Translations under genes and position numbers: made by a program | The notes under the pieces: model-generated | Told to the model about the DNA's origin: nothing | Seen by the model: the letters and a program-made list of their open reading frames with translations, nothing else | Databases searched by the model: none | In this document: positions 1 to 8,340 of the stretch, in pieces | Layout of the letters: each line of letters begins with the position of its first letter | How positions within the stretch are numbered: the stretch's first letter is position 1 | Virus record (IMG/VR): IMGVR_UViG_3300042391_000141 | Coordinates: 1 to 34,069 of that record | From: a virus | Taxonomy: Duplodnaviria; Caudoviricetes | DNA: 34,069 nucleotides | Reading direction: 5' to 3' (one strand)

Positions 1-127
1 ACTGCGCTTAATATTGCTTTTTTGATTCCTCCGTAGCCCATTATACGTATGTTAAAGATGCTCTATTGTTCCACACTTGGTTAAATGCCTCGCTTCCGTT
101 TGCGTACTCACTCATTAATACATTACC
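1..127. repeat. 127-bp terminal direct repeat (circular-assembly overlap), left copy
   Basis: Identical to 33943-34069. 127 is a common assembler k-mer, and genes run through the junction. Confidence 0.95.
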
Positions 128-421
128 TACCTTAGTATATCGTATAATTAACCAATTTGCATCTGAATTTACTTTACCGATTAAAGCCTTACCTACGTAA
201 AATAAAGTATCAGAAACCTCATCTAAACGCACGGTTAAACGTTTGTCTTCCGTATCTGTATTTAAAGCCGTTAAAACATCGTCTAACTGCGCAATGATAG
301 TTACTTGATTATCTGAAGTAGCAGCACCTGAAGCACCACCACCTGCCATCGTAACTGGTAGCGGATTCGATTCGCTTACTAAATCTTGGTTATTTCTTAA
401 TGATACTTGCGCTGCTGACAT
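41..421 (-). CDS. Hypothetical virion-associated protein (126 aa)
   Basis: ORF in the structural operon, just upstream of the 916-aa protein once the genome is circularised. No function recognised. Confidence 0.65.
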   Translation of the reverse strand: MSAAQVSLRNNQDLVSESNPLPVTMAGGGASGAATSDNQVTIIAQLDDVLTALNTDTEDKRLTVRLDEVSDTLFYVGKALIGKVNSDANWLIIRYTKVGNVLMSEYANGSEAFNQVWNNRASLTYV

Positions 422-488
422 TTCCTATCTTTTTTAAATATAACTTCAACTTCTTGATGTTGTCCTCTTTTATCTTGTAATTTTTCAT
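390..488 (-). CDS. Small basic protein MKNYKIKEDNIKKLKLYLKKIGNVSSASIIKK (32 aa)
   Basis: Read by hand. Its ATG overlaps the TGA of 485..985 (ATGA coupling) and it fills the gap between genes. Confidence 0.55.
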   Translation of the reverse strand: MKNYKIKEDNIKKLKLYLKKIGNVSSASIIKK

Positions 489-985
489 ATGTACCAACCT
501 ATAAATATACTATCTGAATCGTGTGGCATATCTCCGTTAGAGTTTTGGTTATACTCTGGAAATAAGCTATTGTAATTTCTTATGTAAGCGTTAAATCTTT
601 CTGTGTAATGCTCCGCTATACTGCGTTCTTTTTGGACTAAAAAATCTACTTCGTTTTTATCTACACTTTCGCTGTTTTCGCTTCCGTGTTTATACACTCC
701 TTTGTTCGCTATTGTGTAAGCTGCAAAAGGTAAGTACTCAACCATAGCCCAATGAATAAGCATAGGCTTAACATACGTTTCTAAAAGGCTTAAATAGTTA
801 CCACTTAAAGTATTTGAAACAATGTTAGATTTTAACCTATCTAAAAGTTTAGTACCTAAATAATTCTGTATGTGTATATCTTGTGCTATCTTAATAAATT
901 GCACAAATTTATCTGTATCTATATTGCCATTAGCAGCAGTATATTTTACTAAATCTGTTCTTGTAATTAATAGTGCTTCTGCCAT
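485..985 (-). CDS. Putative head-tail adaptor / head completion protein (166 aa)
   Basis: Directly follows the portal gene (TAATG coupling). Helical; IKIAQDIHIQNYLGTKL pattern recalled from Bacteroidota phage adaptors. Confidence 0.65.
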   Translation of the reverse strand: MAEALLITRTDLVKYTAANGNIDTDKFVQFIKIAQDIHIQNYLGTKLLDRLKSNIVSNTLSGNYLSLLETYVKPMLIHWAMVEYLPFAAYTIANKGVYKHGSENSESVDKNEVDFLVQKERSIAEHYTERFNAYIRNYNSLFPEYNQNSNGDMPHDSDSIFIGWYI

Positions 986-2754
986 TATCTTGCGTCTTGT
1001 GGTAAGTTTTTATTAGCAGGATGAAATCCTTTATTTGGTAAGTTGTTAGGTTGTATGCTAACTTGGTAAGGATTAGTTACTTTAAATCCTCGTTTGCTTG
1101 CTATATCTGTGCCTATCCTACGTGCGTTTGGATTAGTTACGTCAATTCCTGCACCCTCAATAGAAGCGAATGTAAGCCTTTTAAAAGAATGGTGGCATCT
1201 TGGTCCTCCTTTGAATAGAAACACGTTATAAGGCTCTCCATTATGACCAAAACCTTTATTTACTGAATTACTATTTACGTTTTCTAAATCCTCTTTACGA
1301 TAAATCTTATTAGCACTCATCATAGTTTTGCAAAATGCTCTCTCTGGATTAGGATTGCCTGCGTATTGGTATCTAACTTTCCATTGAATATCCTTTACCA
1401 CTTTGTCTTGTGAACTCTTAGCATTAGGAATAGCTTTAACTGCACTTGCTAATTTTTGAAATAAGTTTTGTTTAGATTTGTAGTTTTTCAACTGCTCATC
1501 TAATTCATCCTCTAAATCGTAGTCAACATCTCTTTCATCTACTAATACCCAACCCTCTAAATCTAAATCCTCGCCTAAAGATATTAAACCGTCTGTATCT
1601 AATTCAACTTCTGCGCTCAATTCCGTTCCTGTTTCTTCAGCAACTTGTTCCTTATTCATTGTATTCTCTAAGTCCGTAAACTCTAAAGGTTGTAATGTTT
1701 TAAAGTATAATTTTAAACTAATTCCGTTAAACGCTAAAATCTTTTCAATTGCACTTAACATTTCGTCTTGCATTGGTCGAATAACCATATTATCAAACAA
1801 TACAACTGAATTTTTTAACTCGTCTGCATTAGAACTAAAACCTGTACTTGTTGCAATACCGAAAATCAAAGGCGATGTAACCGTATGCCCTAACATAATT
1901 TTACGCATACACTCCTCACTCAAAAATTGGTATTGGTCTGCTGCATCGTTTAAAGGAATATCATCAACCGTTGTTTTGCTTTCTGCATTGTCGTTAAATG
2001 CTACAATAACTTTTTGACCTCGTGAACCTGTTAACTTGCCTAATACTCTGCGTGATATTTCGTCTTGTTGCTCCTCTGTAGGTATTCCGTTGTTAAAGTT
2101 AACTACCTTTGTACCTGAGAATCCGTTTTGTACTTCGTTAATTAAATAGTTAGAAATTTCTTCCTCTAACATTGCATAAGGTAACGCTCCGTGATAATCT
2201 ACGTGCGAGTAATATTTCATACCAACCGAATAAGGCTGTATAAATAGAATTTCAATCTTATCTTTAGAACTACCAAACGCAGATAATCGTTTAGGTTCGT
2301 ATTTTTTAGTATCTAACCAATTATCAGAATAGTAATAACCATCAATTTCTCCGTTTTCGTTGCATTTTTCCGCACGTAATAAGTTAACAGGTATGTGTAA
2401 TGCTTTTAAAATCTTATCGTGTTTCTCGTTATAGTGTACTTGAATAGCAGACTGCCCTAACATCTTTCTATCTATAAACAATTTACGTAAACATTCATCG
2501 CTTAACAACGCTTTCATTTGTGCGTATTCGTTTGGCTTTCTGTTCGCATCTAACGCACTTAATCCTTTTCCGTATAATAATCTGCATACGTTGTTTATAA
2601 TGGCGTTATTTGTCGTAGAATTAGTGTATCTGTCAATTAAAAACTGATAGTAATTATTATCTTCTCCATACTCTACCCAATTGTCACGCTTTGATTCTGT
2701 AATTACTGGTGTATTATATGCTGCAAGATTTAATATGTGTACGTTATTACTCAT
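985..2754 (-). CDS. Portal protein with C-terminal Cys/His (MuF-like) extension (589 aa)
   Basis: N-terminal ~355 aa is portal-like (WVEYGEDNNYYQFL; IMLGHTVTSPLIFG; NMVIRPMQ). An acidic linker leads to a domain with RAFC...KGGPRCHH. Confidence 0.85.
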   Translation of the reverse strand: MSNNVHILNLAAYNTPVITESKRDNWVEYGEDNNYYQFLIDRYTNSTTNNAIINNVCRLLYGKGLSALDANRKPNEYAQMKALLSDECLRKLFIDRKMLGQSAIQVHYNEKHDKILKALHIPVNLLRAEKCNENGEIDGYYYSDNWLDTKKYEPKRLSAFGSSKDKIEILFIQPYSVGMKYYSHVDYHGALPYAMLEEEISNYLINEVQNGFSGTKVVNFNNGIPTEEQQDEISRRVLGKLTGSRGQKVIVAFNDNAESKTTVDDIPLNDAADQYQFLSEECMRKIMLGHTVTSPLIFGIATSTGFSSNADELKNSVVLFDNMVIRPMQDEMLSAIEKILAFNGISLKLYFKTLQPLEFTDLENTMNKEQVAEETGTELSAEVELDTDGLISLGEDLDLEGWVLVDERDVDYDLEDELDEQLKNYKSKQNLFQKLASAVKAIPNAKSSQDKVVKDIQWKVRYQYAGNPNPERAFCKTMMSANKIYRKEDLENVNSNSVNKGFGHNGEPYNVFLFKGGPRCHHSFKRLTFASIEGAGIDVTNPNARRIGTDIASKRGFKVTNPYQVSIQPNNLPNKGFHPANKNLPQDAR

Positions 2755-3086
2755 AAAGTTATAAATTCGTTGTTTGATGTATGCGATGTATAAGCGTCTT
2801 TGTTTACTGTATAAACTTCTGGTTGTTGCGATGTAACAAAGATTTTATCTCTGTAAACTATGTTTGTTCCGTTGTACATTGTCAAGTAATAAAAATGCTC
2901 ATCCTGTAAGTTATTTGCAATAGTAAAATTTAATGTTTTGTAGTACGAATTAGACACAACTGAAACTGCTGTTATAGGCACTATCTTATTTGTTAACTCG
3001 TTGTATATAGTTACGCTTGTGTAAGCATCCGAACGTGGACTAATTGCAATTGATTTTACACCTGAAGTTTTACTTAATATCTGCAT
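2751..3086 (-). CDS. Hypothetical structural protein (111 aa, beta-rich)
   Basis: Coupled to the portal gene and preceded by the candidate late promoter. Confidence 0.65.
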   Translation of the reverse strand: MQILSKTSGVKSIAISPRSDAYTSVTIYNELTNKIVPITAVSVVSNSYYKTLNFTIANNLQDEHFYYLTMYNGTNIVYRDKIFVTSQQPEVYTVNKDAYTSHTSNNEFITL

Positions 3087-3091
3087 ATTAA

Positions 3092-3118
3092 TATAACCTT
3101 AAAAACCTTGTTTTGTTT
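3092..3118 (-). promoter_or_regulatory. Candidate late promoter AACAAAA-N13-GTTATA
   Basis: Same motif with the same 13-nt spacing occurs before four late genes. Confidence 0.6.
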
Positions 3119-3120
3119 CA

Positions 3121-3155
3121 AAAAAAAAGCCTACCAAGTTAATGATAGGCTTTTA
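3121..3155 (-). terminator. Intrinsic terminator after the tail tube gene
   Basis: AAAAGCCTA(T)CA...TG(G)TAGGC stem followed by a T-tract on the minus strand. Confidence 0.85.
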
Positions 3156-3169
3156 ACACTTAAATAATA

Positions 3170-3709
3170 TTAAGCTACTACAATAGTTGCTGGCGAGAAT
3201 ATTGTAAGTAATTCTGTTTCGTTGGAACAATCCAAGAAGTTAGCAGGTACATTTTCCATACCTGTAAACGTTAATTTGTAACCGTTGAAATCTCCCATAG
3301 CTACACCATCAGAGATAGTACCGGCAGTCATATCCATACCTCTAAACAAACCTGCAATTTTAAACTGCCCTGCTCTGTTTCTAACTACGATATGTGGTCT
3401 ACCATAAGCTAACAATTTAACAGTTTTAGTTGTAGCTAAATCTTGTTTTTTCAATTCAACTGATAATACTTGCTCAAAGAAAGTAGTACCATTTTCACGT
3501 GAACTTTGGATAGTTTCTTCAAAGGAATTATTACCTTTCAATTCGTACTTGTATAAAGTTGGAACACCGTTAACATCCATAATTTCATCCGTACTTGCTG
3601 TGTAGGTTACGTCTGTATCTTTAATTTTGTAGTTAATAAAGTAGATAGCATCTAAACCACCTACCGAATTTTTACAAGGCTCTACACGCCCATTTGCTAT
3701 ATCACACAT
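3170..3709 (-). CDS. Major tail (tube) protein (179 aa)
   Basis: Follows the capsid gene. C..SVGG..YF, SSRENGTTFFEQVL and DFNGYKLTF patterns recalled from Bacteroidota phage tail tubes. Confidence 0.75.
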   Translation of the reverse strand: MCDIANGRVEPCKNSVGGLDAIYFINYKIKDTDVTYTASTDEIMDVNGVPTLYKYELKGNNSFEETIQSSRENGTTFFEQVLSVELKKQDLATTKTVKLLAYGRPHIVVRNRAGQFKIAGLFRGMDMTAGTISDGVAMGDFNGYKLTFTGMENVPANFLDCSNETELLTIFSPATIVVA

Positions 3710-3722
3710 ATTTTATAGTATT

Positions 3723-3757
3723 AAAAAAGGGATGGCGTATATTGCACCACCCCTTTT
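3723..3757 (-). terminator. Intrinsic terminator after the major capsid gene
   Basis: AAAAGGGGTGGTG-CAATATA-CGCCATCCCTTTTTT hairpin with T-tract. Confidence 0.85.
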
Positions 3758-3773
3758 AAGTTAATTAATCTAA

Positions 3774-4727
3774 TTAGTTAGCAGAGTTAACGATTCCGTA
3801 AGTAACGATGTCTTGAACTACTGCGTATTGAACTCCTGCAGTTAAACGCATAACTACACGTACATTTTGAGAACCGTCAATATCAGCCATATCAATAACT
3901 TTAACTTCGTTATGGTCTGCTAATAATCCTGTACCAAAGTAAAGGTTATCTACAGTTGTACAAATTGCTGTGTTGTTAGCTAATCCGTTTGCAACGAAAA
4001 TTTTAACTCCGTCAAACATTAACTCTCCGTTAGTGTACCACATTGTACCTTGTCCTTCTTTACCATTAGCACCTAATCCAGATGCTCCGAATCCACCCAA
4101 TGCACGAACGTAAGCCTTAGCGATGTTTTGTGAAACGTAAATTCTTAACCCTTCGTTAGTATACAAAGATGCAGGAATAGCGTCTACGATTTTACCTAAC
4201 TCTGTGATAACGTTTGCTGCAGTAACTGTTGTTCCTGTTACTTCGTTTGCTGATGGTAACGCTGCGTCTAAAGATAATAATGTAGCGAATCCGTTAAACT
4301 CTCCTGCGTTAGCAGTTACACCACTCCAGATATTAGTTTCGTTTTTAGCCGCTACTTTTGCTGCAACGTGTCCGATTAAGAAATCAGCAAATGTTTTAGG
4401 CAAAGTGTCAAATGCAGAATAACCCATTGAGATAGCTTCCCAATCTGAACGGAAATCTTTTTTACACAATTGTAAGTTTACTTGGAACTCCTCTGGTTGT
4501 AAAATTCTTTCTGTTAAAGTAATCGTAGATGTTGCATCAAAATCACAAGTAGCGTTTTTCAATACATCGTCTGTTGAAATTCTTTTAAGAACTTCTTTAA
4601 ATTTAACATTAGGCTTAACTGTGATACCTTGTTTGTCAATTGTGTTAGCAGTCAATAATGCTGCTGCTACATACTTACCTGCGAACTCTCCAGCGTAAGT
4701 TGTTGTAATACTTGTTGTTGTTGGCAT
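3774..4727 (-). CDS. Major capsid protein (317 aa)
   Basis: Lies after the protease and scaffold genes, has biased codon usage and its own terminator. TTYAGEFAGKY and LTERILQPEEFQVNLQLCK patterns. Confidence 0.88.
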   Translation of the reverse strand: MPTTTSITTTYAGEFAGKYVAAALLTANTIDKQGITVKPNVKFKEVLKRISTDDVLKNATCDFDATSTITLTERILQPEEFQVNLQLCKKDFRSDWEAISMGYSAFDTLPKTFADFLIGHVAAKVAAKNETNIWSGVTANAGEFNGFATLLSLDAALPSANEVTGTTVTAANVITELGKIVDAIPASLYTNEGLRIYVSQNIAKAYVRALGGFGASGLGANGKEGQGTMWYTNGELMFDGVKIFVANGLANNTAICTTVDNLYFGTGLLADHNEVKVIDMADIDGSQNVRVVMRLTAGVQYAVVQDIVTYGIVNSAN

Positions 4728-4743
4728 TTCTTTTTATTTTAAT

Positions 4744-5316
4744 TTATGAATTAATTTTACTCATTACTCTATCAAGTGTACTCATCTCACGATTTTGTCC
4801 GTACTTGAAATTTACTTTTGTAGCTTCTACTTCTGGATTGTAGTTGATAGGATTTACTACCTCTAATTCTACTTTCTCCTCTACTACTTCTTTGTTTTCT
4901 AACTGTGATTTAAGTGCTACCACTTCAGCTTTTAACGCTTCAAATTCTTCAGTAGAAAACCGTGTTTCTTTACTTACTGATTCGATAATGCTTTTAGGCG
5001 TTTTAACCTCTGCTTCTGCTTCAACTGGTACTTCTTCTTCAGGTGCTTCTTCAACTACTTCTTCTTCAGCAGCAGCTTCCATATAAGATGCGATAATACC
5101 TTCAACTTCTACAGTTAACATAAAACCATTTTCCATTTTGTACTCGCCAATTGGCAATGGAATTTTTTGCTCATCTTCTGTTACGATAAACACTTCTTGT
5201 TCTGCTTCAAATGAATCCGCCTCTAGAATAGTTACACCATCCTCTAACATCATTTGCTCTAAATTCACTTCCATACCTAAAAGCGATTTGATTTGATTAA
5301 TTACGTTATTTTTCAT
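4744..5316 (-). CDS. Capsid scaffolding protein (190 aa)
   Basis: Very acidic with a coiled-coil segment, immediately upstream of the capsid gene. Confidence 0.75.
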   Translation of the reverse strand: MKNNVINQIKSLLGMEVNLEQMMLEDGVTILEADSFEAEQEVFIVTEDEQKIPLPIGEYKMENGFMLTVEVEGIIASYMEAAAEEEVVEEAPEEEVPVEAEAEVKTPKSIIESVSKETRFSTEEFEALKAEVVALKSQLENKEVVEEKVELEVVNPINYNPEVEATKVNFKYGQNREMSTLDRVMSKINS

Positions 5317-5331
5317 TTATGTGTTTTTTAT

Positions 5332-5358
5332 AAAAACTTATTAATATTTGTTTTGTTG
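5332..5358 (-). promoter_or_regulatory. Candidate late promoter CAACAAAA-N13-GTTTTT
   Basis: Copy of the motif upstream of the scaffold/capsid genes. Confidence 0.55.
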
Positions 5359-5363
5359 CCTTT

Positions 5364-5567
5364 TTAGTTTTCACGTACCATTGTACGCACTTCGTTAACG
5401 TTGTTTACAATAGATATTCCTTGCGAATTTTCGCTACCTATCCCTTGCGCTTGTAGGCTACCATCACAACACTCTTTGCTGTACGTACCATCTTCACATA
5501 AGCAACCTTTGTTACCACCCTTTGGAGATGTTTCGCTTGTCGTTTTAAAAAAATCTTTTAATCCCAT
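5364..5567 (-). CDS. Small Cys-rich protein (67 aa)
   Basis: GCLCEDGTYSKECCDGSLQAQGIG motif; lies between protease and scaffold. Confidence 0.75.
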   Translation of the reverse strand: MGLKDFFKTTSETSPKGGNKGCLCEDGTYSKECCDGSLQAQGIGSENSQGISIVNNVNEVRTMVREN

Positions 5568-5568
5568 T

Positions 5569-6147
5569 TTATACTTGTTTTAAAATTTCTACTATTTTAT
5601 TTATTAACTCTTGTTCTTCTGCATCCTGTAAACTCATTTCTAATTTATCTGCAAAATAACCCTCAATTGAAAAGCCTTTTACCTTGCCGTCTTTTACATC
5701 TTTCCATACGTCATCGTTGTTTACTTTCATTGAAATCATCCACGTACCAACTGGCAAATCAAAGTTATATAATCGGCTTTTATCCGTTTTGCTATCTTCA
5801 ATTATCCAACTTTCAACTACTGATAATCCTTTTAACTTTTGTTCGTGTTCGTACGTTGCGTTGTTTTGGTTTGAGTTCATTAAAAATAACTCCGATGCTT
5901 GGCGCACCGTATCTTTAGAAAAGAATATATAATACTCCTCTTTCTCGTTACGTCTGAATATTTGCTTATCTGGTATCAAAGCTGCACCCATTAAAATACG
6001 CTTTTCAGCATCTACTTCTTTAAGTTCTATTTCGTGCTTGGATAAATAGATAAAGTTTTCTTCTATTGCAGGGGATTGAACAACTGATACGGCATCAATT
6101 CCTGATAGCTTATCTTTGTCGTCAATTACTAATTCAACTATTTTCAT
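5569..6147 (-). CDS. Prohead maturation protease, XkdF-like (192 aa)
   Basis: VQSPAIE, GAALIPD, TYEH, VESW, PVGTW and GKVKGFSIEG motifs. Confidence 0.88.
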   Translation of the reverse strand: MKIVELVIDDKDKLSGIDAVSVVQSPAIEENFIYLSKHEIELKEVDAEKRILMGAALIPDKQIFRRNEKEEYYIFFSKDTVRQASELFLMNSNQNNATYEHEQKLKGLSVVESWIIEDSKTDKSRLYNFDLPVGTWMISMKVNNDDVWKDVKDGKVKGFSIEGYFADKLEMSLQDAEEQELINKIVEILKQV

Positions 6148-6152
6148 ACTTT

Positions 6153-6179
6153 AATAATTTATTTTTTTAGTTTTTGTTG
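6153..6179 (-). promoter_or_regulatory. Candidate late promoter CAACAAAA-N13-ATTATT
   Basis: Copy of the motif 5 nt upstream of the protease ATG. Confidence 0.5.
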
Positions 6180-6206
6180 CATTTTTAAAATAATTAACTA
6201 TCTTTG
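6177..6206 (+). promoter_or_regulatory. Bacteroidota housekeeping promoter TTG-N19-TATCTTTG, plus strand
   Basis: Full match to the -33/-7 consensus, in an intergenic region. Confidence 0.75.
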
Positions 6207-6210
6207 CTTC

Positions 6211-6290
6211 GTGTTCATAACATAATTAACAATGTTTAGGTTGATAGGTAAGTAAATAGGCAGTCGGGCGTGGCTGCTTATTTAGTTTTA
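6211..6290 (+). ncRNA. Candidate ~80-nt small RNA on the plus strand
   Basis: Lies between a consensus promoter and a terminator-like hairpin; no credible ORF. Confidence 0.5.
6253..6289. terminator. Hairpin terminator, possibly bidirectional
   Basis: TAAATAGGCAGTC-GGGCGT-GGCTGCTTATTTA. G:U pairs form on the plus strand. Confidence 0.7.
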
Positions 6291-8204
6291 TATCGTTGCG
6301 TTTTTAACTATGTTTCTATCCAAACTTTGTGCGCTTGATACTTCCCCACTAACTACATACGCTTTAATAGGATTGCTTGATAGTTGCGCTAATTGGTTTG
6401 CTCCTCCTGCTCCTACTACGTTAAAGTTTGCTGCTTGCACGTTTGGAACACTTGGTGCGCCACCACCGCCACCGCCACCGCCTGCTCCTTCATCGAATTT
6501 AGTAGATGCAATTTTAGATATATTTGCAAGTCCTGCTGCTACTACTGCTGCTGCGAATACCGCACCAAGTATTGGATTCCCTGCTGATGTGAATGCTGTT
6601 GTCGCACCTTTAAATGTGTCAATTGTTGCTGTAGCTATGTTGACTGCCTTTTGAACTTCAAACGCTTTCTTTTGTTGTGCTTTAGATTTACCTGCAAATA
6701 AAACCGCTAAATCTCCAATAGCTGTTAAACCAGCTTTTGCTGCATCAAATAATTCGTCTCTATGCTTTTTCTTTCTTTCCTTTTCTTTTTGCTCTACTAT
6801 CTTTTCATCCTCAATTTGTTTATTCATTATCTGAATACGCAAAGCAGAAGTAGATTCTAAATTAGCTGCTTCATTTTGTTGTCGTTCCTTTTCGGCTTCA
6901 TCTTTGATTCTTGTTTTCTCATCTTCAATAGTAGCAAGTTGTTGTAACTCTAATGCGTAAATTTCATCTTCAGTAAGTGCTTTTTCTTTCTTATCTTCAA
7001 TTGTTTGTTTATCTACTTTAACTACTTCTTTTTGTTGTTCAACATATTTCTTACCACTATCAGTTAACTTATCCTGTGTGGTCTGTAACTTAACCGCCCT
7101 ATTTGCTAAATCTTCAATTGCCCTTGATGAATCCTCTAAATCTCTTTTTGCTTTTGCTATACCTTGCTCCGTTTCTGTTGTATCTGTCTTATCTAAGTTT
7201 GTACCAGCTATAATAGATTTTTTTTCTTTCTCTAATCTGTTTAATTCTTTCTGCGCTGTTATTTGTTTCTCAAGGTTATATTGCATATAAGCCTCGTTCT
7301 TCATCAGCTTAAATTTAACGGTCTGATATTGTATGTAGTCTTTAACAACTAAACTTAATTGAGCCTGAAAATCAGCTTCACTTTTTAAATTTTTTAAATG
7401 CGTACCATACTCACCATTTATTTCCCTTATTAAATCTCTCCTCTCTTTACTATTTGCATTTGTTTGTTTTAATTTAGTAATTAAAGATATAAATTGAACT
7501 GACTCTTCAGCTATATATTTAGAGGATTCTTTTACATCCTTTGCTAATGCTCTTTGATGAAATGCTGCTGATTTTCTTTCTTCATTGATTGCTTTTTGTT
7601 TCTCTAATTCAGTATCTTCTGAACCACTTAACAATGCATACGCTCCAACCAATGCTGCTACTGCTGAAACTATAAGCATAATTGGGTTTTGCTTCATTAC
7701 AAAGTTTAAAATCTTTTGTGCTGTTGCAGATTCTTGTATAGCTACACCCATAGCTTTAAATGCTGGTATCGATTCTCTAATACCTTGAACACCTTGAGCA
7801 ATAGCCATAGCACTCTGAACTTTCAATAATGCTTTTTGCACGTTTTCACTTTCAGCACCCATAGCACCCATCGCACCTTGCACCAACTCAAACCCACTTG
7901 TTACACCACCTAATGCACCGCCTAACTTTTGCGAAGTAGTCATAGCCAAACCATCTACTTGTGCATCCGTTTGTTGGATAGTCTTTTTCATTCTACCAAC
8001 TTCAGCAGCTAAAGTTTTAAATTCGTCTGTTCCTTGTTTACCTGCGTTTGCTAATTCGTATAACTGATCTTCAAGTTCGCCCATACGACCTGTTAAAGGC
8101 TGTATCTCTCCATACGCATCCTCAAAAGAACGTGATAGTAAATCTATATTCTTTGTAGCTTCTTTAGTTTCTACATTAAGTATTACCGTTTTTTCAATTG
8201 CCAT
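6288..8204 (-). CDS. Tail tape measure protein (638 aa)
   Basis: Long Ala/Gly-rich and coiled-coil helical protein with hydrophobic segments (NPIMLIVSAVAALVGAY). Confidence 0.85.
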   Translation of the reverse strand: MAIEKTVILNVETKEATKNIDLLSRSFEDAYGEIQPLTGRMGELEDQLYELANAGKQGTDEFKTLAAEVGRMKKTIQQTDAQVDGLAMTTSQKLGGALGGVTSGFELVQGAMGAMGAESENVQKALLKVQSAMAIAQGVQGIRESIPAFKAMGVAIQESATAQKILNFVMKQNPIMLIVSAVAALVGAYALLSGSEDTELEKQKAINEERKSAAFHQRALAKDVKESSKYIAEESVQFISLITKLKQTNANSKERRDLIREINGEYGTHLKNLKSEADFQAQLSLVVKDYIQYQTVKFKLMKNEAYMQYNLEKQITAQKELNRLEKEKKSIIAGTNLDKTDTTETEQGIAKAKRDLEDSSRAIEDLANRAVKLQTTQDKLTDSGKKYVEQQKEVVKVDKQTIEDKKEKALTEDEIYALELQQLATIEDEKTRIKDEAEKERQQNEAANLESTSALRIQIMNKQIEDEKIVEQKEKERKKKHRDELFDAAKAGLTAIGDLAVLFAGKSKAQQKKAFEVQKAVNIATATIDTFKGATTAFTSAGNPILGAVFAAAVVAAGLANISKIASTKFDEGAGGGGGGGGAPSVPNVQAANFNVVGAGGANQLAQLSSNPIKAYVVSGEVSSAQSLDRNIVKNATI

Positions 8205-8340
8205 AACCTATGCGCTTACCTTGTTTAACTGCTTCTTTAAATCCTTTAGGAATTTTATACTTTCCTTTTGCTATATCTATATTCTCAGACACTCCGTAGA
8301 AGTCTGATATTTTAAGCATTGCTATAATTTGTTTTATCAT
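8194..8340 (-). CDS. Small hypothetical protein MIKQIIAML...DIAKGKYK...GYGN (48 aa)
   Basis: Read by hand. ATGA-coupled to the upstream gene and overlaps the tape-measure start. Confidence 0.7.
   Translation of the reverse strand: MIKQIIAMLKISDFYGVSENIDIAKGKYKIPKGFKEAVKQGKRIGYGN

Noticed and set aside
6458-6490. GC-rich CCACCG repeats
   Set aside because: They simply encode the poly-Gly linker of the tape measure protein.
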